Virus record (IMG/VR): IMGVR_UViG_3300005077_000936
Coordinates: 28,727-92,726 of that record
DNA length: 64,000 nt
Reading direction: 5' to 3' (one strand)
Source of the DNA: a virus
Each line of letters opens with the position of its first letter. Position 1 is the stretch's first letter. Of the stretch, positions 7,552 to 17,148 are shown in pieces. The notes beneath the pieces are model-generated. The model was not told the origin of the DNA. It saw nothing but the letters and a program-made list of their open reading frames with translations, and searched no databases. Position numbers and translations under genes: made by a program.

Positions 7552-7553
7552 CA

Positions 7554-7661
7554 ATGAAGCCGAAAAACAAAAGACTTAGGCTTGAAGCCAGACAAAAGAA
7601 TTGGGATCAGAAGCACAGAGATGATCCTGCATTTAAGAGACCCGGAAGCTTTAAAAAGTAA
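7554..7661 (+). CDS. 35-aa basic protein missed by the ORF track (MKPKNKRLRLEARQKNWDQKHRDDPAFKRPGSFKK)
   Basis: Exactly fills the gap between neighbouring genes (2-nt spacers on both sides). Confidence 0.7.
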   Translation: MKPKNKRLRLEARQKNWDQKHRDDPAFKRPGSFKK

Positions 7662-7663
7662 CT

Positions 7664-7852
7664 ATGGCAAAAGCAATAATTACCAAATTGTTCTGTCCTC
7701 ATAAATGGCATAGCCACGCAAAGACTACCAAGATGAATCCCATGTACTACATGAACACAGAGGAAAAGCTTGAAGTGGTTCAGTCATCAGGAAAGACAAC
7801 AGAAGTATTAATTTGTGATAGTTGTGGAAAAGTTAAGGTGATTAGGTATTAA
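7664..7852 (+). CDS. small Cys/His protein (DUF1660-like pattern)
   Basis: KLFCPHKW...CDSCGK. Confidence 0.6.
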   Translation: MAKAIITKLFCPHKWHSHAKTTKMNPMYYMNTEEKLEVVQSSGKTTEVLICDSCGKVKVIRY

Positions 7853-7857
7853 ATTTG
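7850..7857 (+). promoter_or_regulatory. Bacteroidota-type -7 promoter element (TAnnTTTG)
   Basis: TAAATTTG. The identical 10-mer TAAATTTGTA also occurs at 7279 and 25764, each directly upstream of a gene. Confidence 0.5.
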
Positions 7858-7883
7858 TAATTCACTTTTAACCCTCTACAGCT

Positions 7884-7922
7884 ATGGCAAGGAAGAAGAA
7901 AGGGAAGGGAAAGGGCTGCTAA
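7884..7922 (+). CDS. 12-aa micropeptide MARKKKGKGKGC
   Basis: ATG...TAA after an AT-rich leader; purine-rich Lys/Gly codons; bracketed by a promoter-like motif and a terminator. Confidence 0.55.
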   Translation: MARKKKGKGKGC

Positions 7923-7941
7923 CCTTAGTACCACCACAATC

Positions 7942-7974
7942 AAGGGTGTGAGCACAAAGCTCATGCCCTTTTTC
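7942..7974 (+). terminator. intrinsic terminator
   Basis: AAGGGTGTGAGC-ACAAA-GCTCATGCCCTT followed by TTT. Confidence 0.8.
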
Positions 7975-7991
7975 TATTTAATCCACAGCTT

Positions 7992-9929
7992 ATGAAGAGA
8001 AGAGTCATTTATGATACTGAAATATACAGAAACCTTCTGCTCTATGTATTCTATGACATGGACACAGATGAAGTTTTTACTTTTCAGATCAGTCCTTATC
8101 TTGACCAGAGAAGGGAGCTAATGGAATTTTTAAGGGAAGTCAATCTTATGATTGGATTTAACAATCTTGAATTTGACTATCCTATTCTGCATCATCTACT
8201 TTACCTGCTCAGGCTTGATTTCAATATGCGTGGAAGCATTATACTTGAGAGGGTGTATAAACTTACACAATCTCTTTTAAATGCAGTACAGGGCTTTAAA
8301 AACATCATAAGAAACCCTGTAATAAAACAGCTTGACCTTAGGAAGATACATCACTTTGATAACAAAGCAAAGATGACAAGCCTGAAGGTTCTTGAATTTA
8401 ACCTGAAGATGGACAATATTGAAGAGTTGCCTTTTCCTCCTGATACTTTATTAACAGAGCAACAAGTGGAAAAAGTAGCCAAGTACTGTCAACATGATGT
8501 CAAGGCAACATTTTATACTCACAAAGTCACTATTGACCATATTCTTCTGAGAGAGAAGTTCTCTTCCATGTACTCCATAGATATGAGCAACTATAATAAT
8601 GCAAAGCTTGGAGAGCAGATTCTTGTTCAAATTTATAAAAGAAGGACAGGAGTTGAGAATATAGGAAAGACAATCAGGGAGTATATTGACTTAGGAGAAG
8701 TTATCTTTGATTATGTAAAGTTCTATTCACCTGAGTTTAATGCCATTAAACAATGGTTTTCAACAAAGGTAATTACTGAGACCAAGAATGTTTTTTCAAG
8801 GATCAGTCTTGATGAGCTTGGGCCCATAGCACCATATGCCAATGTTTCAAAGCCAATGCTTGTAAAAGGAAAGCTTAAGAATCTTAATGTAGTGAGAGAA
8901 GGCTTTCAGTATGACTTTGGAACAGGTGGAATACATGGGTCTATAGAGCCCGGTGTTTATGAAAGTGATGAATTTTATAGGATCATTGACATTGATGTAA
9001 AGAGCTACTATCCCAATTTGGGAATCCAGAACAGATTATATCCTGCTCACATGGGAGAAGTATTCTGTGACATTTACGAAGAGATTTACAATCAGAGACA
9101 GCAGTATCCAAAGGGGAGCATAGAGAATAAAGGGTTAAAGGAAGCACTTAATGCCAGTTATGGTAAAAGTAATTCTGAATATTCACCTTTATTTGACCCC
9201 AAATATACTATGTCCATTACTATTAATGGACAGCTTTTGATCTGCATGCTTGCAGAAAAATTCATTGATGAAGTGCAGAATTGCACCATACTTCAGACAA
9301 ATACTGATGGGATCACTGTAAAAGTGCCAAGGTCTGAAGAACATAAAATCATGGATATTTGCAGCAGATGGGAAAAGCTTACCAAGCTTGAGCTTGAATA
9401 TGCCCATTACCGCAAGATGGTTATCAGGGATGTCAACAATTATATTGCTGTCAAAGAAGATGGCAGCATCAAAAGAAAGGGTGCATTTGAATACAAGAGA
9501 GAGCTTCACCAGAATCATTCAATGCTGGTAGTGCCAAAAGCAATTGAAGCTTACTATGTCAATAATATACCCGTAGAGACATTCATAAGAAATCACAATG
9601 ATGTATATGATTTCTTTAAAAGGACAAAACTGAATAAACTATCATACCTGTTAGGAGTAGGAGCAGAAACAGTCCACCTTAACAGGGTAACAAGATATTA
9701 CATTTCCAAGGAAGGATATGAACTCATAAAAGTAATGCCTCCCTTAAAAGACAAGACAGTAAACCGTGAACATCATGTGGAAGCAGGGTATCTTTGTATG
9801 CCAATAAATATCATGATTCCTCCTGAACAAATATGGAATAACATTAACTATGATTACTACATTGCTGAAGCTAATAAAATCATAACAGCAGTTTCACTGC
9901 ATCAAAACGTGGAAGAAGAAGATGAATAA
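7992..9929 (+). CDS. polB: family B DNA polymerase
   Basis: Exo I YDTE, Exo II GFNNLEFD, Exo III YCQHDV; pol motifs DVKSYYP, KEALNASYGK, NTDG. Confidence 0.93.
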   Translation: MKRRVIYDTEIYRNLLLYVFYDMDTDEVFTFQISPYLDQRRELMEFLREVNLMIGFNNLEFDYPILHHLLYLLRLDFNMRGSIILERVYKLTQSLLNAVQGFKNIIRNPVIKQLDLRKIHHFDNKAKMTSLKVLEFNLKMDNIEELPFPPDTLLTEQQVEKVAKYCQHDVKATFYTHKVTIDHILLREKFSSMYSIDMSNYNNAKLGEQILVQIYKRRTGVENIGKTIREYIDLGEVIFDYVKFYSPEFNAIKQWFSTKVITETKNVFSRISLDELGPIAPYANVSKPMLVKGKLKNLNVVREGFQYDFGTGGIHGSIEPGVYESDEFYRIIDIDVKSYYPNLGIQNRLYPAHMGEVFCDIYEEIYNQRQQYPKGSIENKGLKEALNASYGKSNSEYSPLFDPKYTMSITINGQLLICMLAEKFIDEVQNCTILQTNTDGITVKVPRSEEHKIMDICSRWEKLTKLELEYAHYRKMVIRDVNNYIAVKEDGSIKRKGAFEYKRELHQNHSMLVVPKAIEAYYVNNIPVETFIRNHNDVYDFFKRTKLNKLSYLLGVGAETVHLNRVTRYYISKEGYELIKVMPPLKDKTVNREHHVEAGYLCMPINIMIPPEQIWNNINYDYYIAEANKIITAVSLHQNVEEEDE

Positions 9930-10152
9930 CTGGTTTGGAAAAATGATATTCATTGCCAATGAAGAGTCTATTCCTGATGCTGTAAAAGTACTTGCATCAG
10001 AAGGATGCTTTGTACTTTCAATTTCTAATGAAGTGCCATTCTATATTGTTGAACAAATACCACAAGAGATAGTTGAGAGAATGAGCTTTCTTCCTTCAGA
10101 AATTACACATGTAGTTTATTCTTACTGTTTTAATGAACCTTTTAAAGCTTAA
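9922..10152 (+). CDS. hypothetical protein
   Basis: 76-aa ORF overlapping the end of polB. Confidence 0.6.
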   Translation: MNNWFGKMIFIANEESIPDAVKVLASEGCFVLSISNEVPFYIVEQIPQEIVERMSFLPSEITHVVYSYCFNEPFKA

Positions 10153-10165
10153 AAAAACAGACACC

Positions 10166-11305
10166 ATGAAAAAAACTAAAGACCAAGTACAGGTTGAAGC
10201 TGTAGAAGCTATCAAAAGAAACAATGGAAGAGGAATAATAGCAATGGCAACAGGTACAGGAAAGAGTAAAGTTGCAATAGATTATACTGCTGAAAAGCAG
10301 AAAGACAACTTTGACTTGAGAGTACTGATAGTTGTTCCAACAGAAAAACTGAGAGACATTAACTGGAAAGAAGAATTCCATAAGTGGGGACAAGATTTTC
10401 TCTGGAACAACAATGTTGAAAGAAGCTGTTATGCTTCCATTTCAAAACTCGAAGGTGAGTATTATGATATTGTTTTTCTTGATGAAGGACATAACATCAC
10501 TGAACTTAACAGTACTTTCTTTGAACAGAATACTGTTGGTGATCTTATAATGCTTACTGCCACACCACCACGCAAACAAGAGAAAGTTGACATTATAGAT
10601 AATCTCAAATTGGAGATAATTTATGAGGTCACTCTTGATGAAGCAGTGGAATGGGGACTTGTTTCCCCTTACAAAATCACAGTAGTTTATACCACACTTG
10701 ACATATCTCGTAAATATGTCAAAGCAGGTAATAAGGACAAGGTATTCTACCAGACAGAATTTAGTTCTTATGCCTATCTTACCAGTGCAATAAACATTAC
10801 TCCTACCCGCACATCAAAACATAAAGCACTTGTAATGAAGAGAATGAGGCTCATTTACAATGCTCTCTCTAAAACTGATGTTGCTAAATTTTTGATTGAA
10901 AAGGTAATTCCAAGGGAACAGAGGACATTGATATTTGCAGGGACTATAGAACAGGCAGAAATACTCTGTCAGGATAGTGTTCACTCCAAGACAAATGACA
11001 GCAGATATCATGCTTTTCGTAATGAAGAGATAAATCTTCTTTCATCTGTCAGGGTTTTGAACCAAGGTGAGAATATTCCAAATCTTGATAATGCAGTAAT
11101 AGTTCAGCTTAACAGCAATGAACTTGACATGGTGCAGAGAATAGGAAGGACAGTGAGGTATAGGGATGGACACCTTGCCAATATCTACATCATCATTTTA
11201 AAGGATACCGTTGACCTCAATTGGCTAATGTCAGCCATATCTGAATTTGACAGAAACAATATCGAGTATGTTGATTTCGGTGAAATAAAAATGAGGTATA
11301 CATGA
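10166..11305 (+). CDS. superfamily 2 helicase
   Basis: ATGTGKS (motif I), DEGH (II), TAT (III), QRIGRTVR (VI); start refined to ATG 10166. Confidence 0.9.
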   Translation: MKKTKDQVQVEAVEAIKRNNGRGIIAMATGTGKSKVAIDYTAEKQKDNFDLRVLIVVPTEKLRDINWKEEFHKWGQDFLWNNNVERSCYASISKLEGEYYDIVFLDEGHNITELNSTFFEQNTVGDLIMLTATPPRKQEKVDIIDNLKLEIIYEVTLDEAVEWGLVSPYKITVVYTTLDISRKYVKAGNKDKVFYQTEFSSYAYLTSAINITPTRTSKHKALVMKRMRLIYNALSKTDVAKFLIEKVIPREQRTLIFAGTIEQAEILCQDSVHSKTNDSRYHAFRNEEINLLSSVRVLNQGENIPNLDNAVIVQLNSNELDMVQRIGRTVRYRDGHLANIYIIILKDTVDLNWLMSAISEFDRNNIEYVDFGEIKMRYT

Positions 11306-11847
11306 CAATCAATCCATTAATTTTTAGTACCTTTAAGGAGTACAATATCCCATCTGGTGATGGGATATTGTTTCTTCTTGCAATCCATTATGATCTTTCC
11401 TTATCAGAAGAGGTAGAGAAAGTCCTTGACCCAGTAGCTAAGCAAATTAATGTAAGCCACATAGTAGAAAGGGACTATCCAAACAAAGATGTAAAATGGA
11501 ATATTCCTCTGTTTCAAGGTGTTGAAACTCAATGGGACTGGGTTAACACAGAATACAGAAGTTTGTTCCTGCAAGTAAGGAAAGACAGAGGAGGTAGTCC
11601 TACTTCATGCCTGAAGAGAATGAAGGATTTCTTCAGCCATCATCCAGAAGTAAGGAAAGAAGATGTTATTAGAGCTGCTGTTGCTTATATAGCTTCAGTT
11701 GATGACCCTCAGTACCTTCAGGGTGCTGACTACTTTATCCAAAAGGATAAGGGAACTGCCACAACTTCAAGACTTGAACAGTACTTGGAGATAATCAAAG
11801 TAAGAGAGAAAGCTGATCAAACAAGATTAAAAAGAATGGGTGAATGA
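11302..11847 (+). CDS. hypothetical replication-module protein
   Basis: Coupled to the helicase upstream and DnaB downstream by ATGA overlaps. Confidence 0.75.
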   Translation: MTINPLIFSTFKEYNIPSGDGILFLLAIHYDLSLSEEVEKVLDPVAKQINVSHIVERDYPNKDVKWNIPLFQGVETQWDWVNTEYRSLFLQVRKDRGGSPTSCLKRMKDFFSHHPEVRKEDVIRAAVAYIASVDDPQYLQGADYFIQKDKGTATTSRLEQYLEIIKVREKADQTRLKRMGE

Positions 11848-12980
11848 ATTTCATAGAAGAGTATAAGAAAGGTCAACAGGGTAAGAACATTGGTCTTCCT
11901 ACAGGCATTAAATCTCTTGATCTTGCCATAGATGGAATACAGCGTAAAGCCATTTATGGCATTGCTGCTGCACCAAAAGTAGGAAAGACAACCTTTGTAG
12001 ATCAATGCTTTGTTATTGAACCCTTTCTTTTCTATCTTGAATTCAGGGAGAAATATCCTGACCATCCATTAAGGATAAACTGGATATATTATTCTTTTGA
12101 GATAGATAGGATAAAGAAAGAGTTTAAGTATGCTGCCCATTTCATGTACAGGGATCATGGTATCTTTTCATTTACAAGAAATGGGAGAACATATCAAATG
12201 TCACCAAGATATTTACTTGGAAGACTTGTAGACAAGGACACCAATCAGCTTATTCCTGTATCAGAAGAACATGAATTGCTTCTCAAACAGGTTTATCGTG
12301 ATAGGATTGTTCCTTTATTTGGTGAATGGAGTCCCGAAGGGTTATTGATAAAGCCGGGAGTCATAAAATTCATTGAATCAAGAAATAACCCAACAGGATT
12401 AAGAAATGAGCTTTTGCACTATGCAAAGGAAAATGGTGAATTCCTTGGTGAGACTTACAAGACAAAGGAAACTCTTCCTACAGGACAGGAAAGAACAGTG
12501 GAAAAACAAAGGGTGACAGGTTACAGACCAAGGAATCCAGAGCTTTATACCATTGTTATTACTGACCACATGAGAAGGCTAAACTTCGAAAGAGGTTTTA
12601 AGATGAAGGAGAATATTGACAAGTGGGTAGAGTACCAATGTGAACTAAGGAATTGGTGTGGTTTCACTTTTGTGGATATCATTCACCTTAACAGGGCAAT
12701 AGGAAGTGTGGAGAGGATTAAGTTCTTTAAAGAGCATCTTTATCCTACAGGTGATGATGTAAAGGATACAGGAAACCTTTCTGAAGACTCTGACTATCTT
12801 ATTACTCTTTTTGATCCTCAGGATGAGAAGTACAATATTGAGAAGCACTTTGGTTACATTCTTGAGAATTACCCCAATTACCGCAGTATCCATCTTGTTG
12901 AAAGCAGGGATACTGAATGTCCACAACATCTTGGAACACAGATGTATGGAAATGTAAACGTCTTTAAAGAAATAGAATAG
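11844..12980 (+). CDS. dnaB: DnaB-like replicative helicase
   Basis: LPTGIKSLD, AAPKVGKTTF (Walker A), ITDH (Walker B), IIHLNR, DTGNL. Confidence 0.88.
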   Translation: MNFIEEYKKGQQGKNIGLPTGIKSLDLAIDGIQRKAIYGIAAAPKVGKTTFVDQCFVIEPFLFYLEFREKYPDHPLRINWIYYSFEIDRIKKEFKYAAHFMYRDHGIFSFTRNGRTYQMSPRYLLGRLVDKDTNQLIPVSEEHELLLKQVYRDRIVPLFGEWSPEGLLIKPGVIKFIESRNNPTGLRNELLHYAKENGEFLGETYKTKETLPTGQERTVEKQRVTGYRPRNPELYTIVITDHMRRLNFERGFKMKENIDKWVEYQCELRNWCGFTFVDIIHLNRAIGSVERIKFFKEHLYPTGDDVKDTGNLSEDSDYLITLFDPQDEKYNIEKHFGYILENYPNYRSIHLVESRDTECPQHLGTQMYGNVNVFKEIE

Positions 12981-13748
12981 ATGTCAAAAATTTTAATTTT
13001 AGCAGAGAGTGGATTTGGAAAGACCACATCAATTGGTCCAGTAGCAAAGCTGGGAATTAAAGGATTAAACCCCAAGGAGACTTTTCTTATGACAGTCAAT
13101 ACTAAGGGGCTTCCAATACCGGGGTGGATGAATCTCTATCCTGAATCACGGGAACAGGCAACAAAGGGTAATCTTGCCCTTGGAGTTGATGCATCAAGCA
13201 TTGGCAACATAATAAGAGCAGCAGGCAACAGGGAAGATATTATGAACCTTATTCTTGATGATAGCAACTACATCATGCAAGACTATTATATGAGCAAGGC
13301 TCTTACTTCAGGATATGATGTATTCAAGAAGATTGGAGCAATGATGTCAGCAGTGTTTCTTGCAATGGATTCAATTCCCAAGCAGAAACATTTCATCATG
13401 ATGGCTCACTTTGAGGAATACAGAAATTCCAACATGGATACCCTGTCCTTCAGATACAAGACTGTTGGTAAGATGGTGCAGGACTATATCACACCTGAAG
13501 GAAAGTTTGAAATTGTACTCTATGGAAGACAAGCTATTGTTACAGGGGAGAATAACAAAAAATCCCTTGTGAAGCAGTTTGTTACCAACTATGATGGACA
13601 ATACCCTGCCAAATCACCTTTTGGAATGTTTGAAGAACTCTACATTCCTAATGATCTTGGTTATGTTGTTGCTGCAATAAATGCTTACAACCATGGAGAA
13701 CTACTGACACAAGAACAATTTTATGGAGAAAAAATCGCAGGTGAGTAA
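12981..13748 (+). CDS. AAA ATPase (Sak4/AAA_24-like)
   Basis: ILAESGFGKT Walker A, LILDD Walker B, C-terminal YPAKSPFGMF. Confidence 0.8.
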   Translation: MSKILILAESGFGKTTSIGPVAKLGIKGLNPKETFLMTVNTKGLPIPGWMNLYPESREQATKGNLALGVDASSIGNIIRAAGNREDIMNLILDDSNYIMQDYYMSKALTSGYDVFKKIGAMMSAVFLAMDSIPKQKHFIMMAHFEEYRNSNMDTLSFRYKTVGKMVQDYITPEGKFEIVLYGRQAIVTGENNKKSLVKQFVTNYDGQYPAKSPFGMFEELYIPNDLGYVVAAINAYNHGELLTQEQFYGEKIAGE

Positions 13749-14277
13749 AATACAAGAAGGTGATTTTCTTTCTGAGACTCAATACTATCAGGTAGTTAAG
13801 GTAGCTCCTACAAGTATTGAAGTAAAGAATGAAAGAAATTTTACCTTTCATGTTGGCAACGCCATAGTTGAAGAAGGAATGTACTCTGCATCACAATTTA
13901 ATGAGGTGCAGGAAATTACAAGAACTGAATTGATTGAGATTTTCAGGCTTGTTGGAGATACTGTTTTTACAGTAAGCTTCAATAAACTTCCTGAAATCAA
14001 GGATATCAATGACGCAATTGAAGGCTTAAATGATGGCAGGATTCTTCCTGTAAAAGAGATGAAAGCAAGAGTTAAGGAAGCCTTCAAAGGAAAAGAGAGA
14101 ATACTTACAGGCTATCTTGTCAAAACAGAAACAGGCTTTGGAAGAAGCGTTGTCATTGACTTGGAGATTGATAAAGGCTCTAATCCTGAATATGACAATA
14201 GATTGAGACAGGTAGACCACAGAACTCTTAACTGGCTCATCTACAAAAATGTAAAATATCAAGTAAAATCAAAATAA
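13723..14277 (+). CDS. hypothetical protein
   Basis: 184-aa ORF inside the replication module. Confidence 0.8.
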   Translation: MEKKSQVSKIQEGDFLSETQYYQVVKVAPTSIEVKNERNFTFHVGNAIVEEGMYSASQFNEVQEITRTELIEIFRLVGDTVFTVSFNKLPEIKDINDAIEGLNDGRILPVKEMKARVKEAFKGKERILTGYLVKTETGFGRSVVIDLEIDKGSNPEYDNRLRQVDHRTLNWLIYKNVKYQVKSK

Positions 14278-14279
14278 AC

Positions 14280-14654
14280 ATGGACACAACTGAAAACAAC
14301 ATTGCTCCTGTAGCAGAAGCACCAGCACCTAAAGTGCAGCTGACAATTTCAATGATCCTTCAGCATCTGAAAGATGGCATGACAAGGGATGACATTGGCA
14401 CAAAGTATGGACTCAACAAGGCACAGGTAAAAATCCTGTTCCGCCACCCAAAGCTGAAATTCAAGAAGACTATCCTGCCAAAGGATCTTCCTTTTGAACT
14501 TACTGATGACACAGAAGAAGAAAAAGTCGAAGCTAAGGAAGTCCCTGTTGTTGACCTGAAAGAACTTGCCAAAGAAGATGCCCATTCCCAAAGAGGAGTA
14601 GACATTGTTGATGATACCAAGGGCTCTGAGAAAACATCAAAGACAGTCTGGTAA
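14280..14654 (+). CDS. HTH-like hypothetical protein
   Basis: LKDGMTRDDIGTKYGLNKAQVKILF helix-turn-helix pattern. Confidence 0.6.
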   Translation: MDTTENNIAPVAEAPAPKVQLTISMILQHLKDGMTRDDIGTKYGLNKAQVKILFRHPKLKFKKTILPKDLPFELTDDTEEEKVEAKEVPVVDLKELAKEDAHSQRGVDIVDDTKGSEKTSKTVW

Positions 14655-14693
14655 GCCAATTTTTTTCATTAATCTTTTATAACTCTTAAAAAC

Positions 14694-15491
14694 ATGACAG
14701 AAGAAGTAAACAATGTAGGCTATGGATATGCTGATGATACTCCACAGCAATCTGCATTTAAGTTTGGGTTGAATCCTGCTATAGGAAGACTTATCAAATT
14801 TGAATGGATCAACAATGCAGGAAAAGATGGTGCTGAAGGTGAAGCACTTGATATTCAGTTCAGTGTTGAAGGCTCAGAAAGACCTGCAAATATCAGGATG
14901 TTTCCTGTAACCAAAGCTTTTGCCAAGGATGGTTCAGAAGTTGTTGACATGAAAGCTCCTGAATTCCAGAAAGCAGTAAGAGAATTCAATGGTAATGTTT
15001 CTCACATACTTCACTGCTTCAATGATGCAGAAGCTATCAAGCTTGCCTTTAATGGCCCAGAGGTAAATATTGCAAATTTCAAAGACTTTTGCAGGATTGC
15101 AATGTCTCTCATTCCCAAGAATGCCAATACTATTCCACTTGACCTTTTCTTTCAGTGGGAGTGGCAGATCAAGGGTGAAGCAAAGCAGACCTATTTAAGG
15201 TTGCCAAACAAGATTACCTTTGGAAAGTGGGTATGTCCTGCTGTTGAACCAAAGGCAGGAGAAAATGGAGAGCCTGCTGCATGGAAAGAATGGAAACATC
15301 CTTCCCCTGACTCTTCAACACCAATTGCACTCAAATATTCTGATGGTGCAGGCAATATCCATCCTTTCACAAGAAATGGATGGTTCATGCTTTCAGCATA
15401 TGCCACACAGCAGAAAGAAGATGGTGGAATTCCTCAGGACAATATTGTTCCTGAAGCTCCAGCAGGAGACCCAAAAGCAAGTACATGGTAA
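14694..15491 (+). CDS. putative single-stranded DNA-binding protein
   Basis: Position before primase; beta-rich N-terminus; flexible acidic tail ending in Trp. Confidence 0.5.
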   Translation: MTEEVNNVGYGYADDTPQQSAFKFGLNPAIGRLIKFEWINNAGKDGAEGEALDIQFSVEGSERPANIRMFPVTKAFAKDGSEVVDMKAPEFQKAVREFNGNVSHILHCFNDAEAIKLAFNGPEVNIANFKDFCRIAMSLIPKNANTIPLDLFFQWEWQIKGEAKQTYLRLPNKITFGKWVCPAVEPKAGENGEPAAWKEWKHPSPDSSTPIALKYSDGAGNIHPFTRNGWFMLSAYATQQKEDGGIPQDNIVPEAPAGDPKASTW

Positions 15492-15500
15492 TTCATTCCA

Positions 15501-16514
15501 TTGTCTTATTTTTGTCCCATGTATGGATACCATAATCCTCAAGCATATACACAGTCAAGTATAATAGGAAGATACAGACAGGAAGATATATTTGCACTTG
15601 GAATGAATGGAGAGCTTCCCGAACTTGGAAAATATTATCTTTCACCTTTCAGAAAAGATGATACAAGTCCGGGATGCTTCTTTGAATGGTATAAAGACAA
15701 ACTTGTGTTTGTTGACTTTGCTGATCCTGTAATCAACAGGGACTGTTTCTACTTCATAAAGGATATATTCAACCTTCAGGATATACCTTCCACTCTTGAT
15801 TTGATAATGGAATGCTTTCTGCAAAACAAGACACCTGAAATGACTAACCCTGTTCTAAGGGAGTATCAGGAGAAAAAAAGAAGCCAAATATTTTTCAGAA
15901 CAAGACAATTTGAGGAAAGAGACAGACTTTTCTGGTCACCCTATGAAATAACATTCAGTCAGTTAAGATCAGATAATGTGTTTGCAGCATCAATGATAAA
16001 GATGTACCTTCCAAAGAAAGATAAATGGAGTATTTACAGACCTTCCCATATCTCTTATATAATAGGAGGATTTGGGGAAAGATGTAAAGTATACAATCCT
16101 ACAAGAAAGAAAGACAAATGGTTTACCAACTGTACCAAGGATGATGTAGGAGGCTTGAAGTCTGTTAATTACAAAAGTAATCATCTTATCATTACAAAGA
16201 GCTATAAGGATTGGAGGGTAGTTGTCAATCAAGGATATAACTCGGTTTGGTTTCAGAATGAAGGAATGTTTCCATCATCTGAGATACTGAATAATCTATT
16301 AACAATCCCAAAGGTCATTATATTCTTCGACAATGATGAGACAGGCTTCAAGGCTTCTAACTCCTTGAAGGAGCTTTTACTATCGTTTAATACCAATTCA
16401 CTCATTACTCAACTTTTCTCTCCTTTCTTTTATCTGAAGGATGCTTCGGATATCTTATCTGTTAAAGGAAGAGGAGAACTACAACAACTTTTATGGAAAG
16501 AATGCCATCTGTAA
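15501..16514 (+). CDS. DNA primase (TOPRIM)
   Basis: SPFRKDDTSPGC, ITKSYKD, FFDNDETG. The start may be 15519. Confidence 0.85.
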   Translation: MSYFCPMYGYHNPQAYTQSSIIGRYRQEDIFALGMNGELPELGKYYLSPFRKDDTSPGCFFEWYKDKLVFVDFADPVINRDCFYFIKDIFNLQDIPSTLDLIMECFLQNKTPEMTNPVLREYQEKKRSQIFFRTRQFEERDRLFWSPYEITFSQLRSDNVFAASMIKMYLPKKDKWSIYRPSHISYIIGGFGERCKVYNPTRKKDKWFTNCTKDDVGGLKSVNYKSNHLIITKSYKDWRVVVNQGYNSVWFQNEGMFPSSEILNNLLTIPKVIIFFDNDETGFKASNSLKELLLSFNTNSLITQLFSPFFYLKDASDILSVKGRGELQQLLWKECHL

Positions 16515-17146
16515 TTCATGATAGCTGGCATCCATATCTGATTGACGTTTTCCAAGATAATGACATGAAGTATCTGAATCATTTTGTACTTCCTAATTGT
16601 CAATTTGCTCCTGAGCCACAGAATATTTTCAGAGTTTTTTCCATGCCGTTGACGGATATTAAAGTTGTTATTATTGGACAAGACCCTTATTCTAAGGTAG
16701 GACAAGCAATAGGATATGCATTTGCTGTTCCTGATAATGTGCCAAAACCCTTCTCTTTCAGAATGATAGAGAAAGAAGTAGGTCATGAACTTGAGAACTC
16801 TCTTGCCTCTTGGATATCACAAGGAGTATTTCTTTTTAATACATCACTGACAGTGGAAGTTGGAAAGCCTAATAGTCATAAGGCTTACTGGCGTAGCTTT
16901 TCAATGGATGTAATAAGAATACTATCCTCTAAAGTCAATCCTGTATGGATGTTATGGGGATTGGATGCAATCTCACTTGAGAGGAACATTAAAGTGTTCC
17001 AGCTTGGAAACAAGTACATTCTCAAATCCCCCCATCCTGCTGCTGAAAGTTATGCTAACTATAAAGCAGGATTTCTTGGAAACAAACACTTTATCTTGGC
17101 TAACGAATTGTTAAAATCACAGAATAAACCCCTAATAAACTGGTAA
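16493..17146 (+). CDS. ung: uracil-DNA glycosylase, family 1
   Basis: VKVVIIGQDPY-like motif, GV.L.NT.LTV, HPAAES. Confidence 0.93.
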   Translation: MERMPSVIHDSWHPYLIDVFQDNDMKYLNHFVLPNCQFAPEPQNIFRVFSMPLTDIKVVIIGQDPYSKVGQAIGYAFAVPDNVPKPFSFRMIEKEVGHELENSLASWISQGVFLFNTSLTVEVGKPNSHKAYWRSFSMDVIRILSSKVNPVWMLWGLDAISLERNIKVFQLGNKYILKSPHPAAESYANYKAGFLGNKHFILANELLKSQNKPLINW

Positions 17147-17148
17147 TA

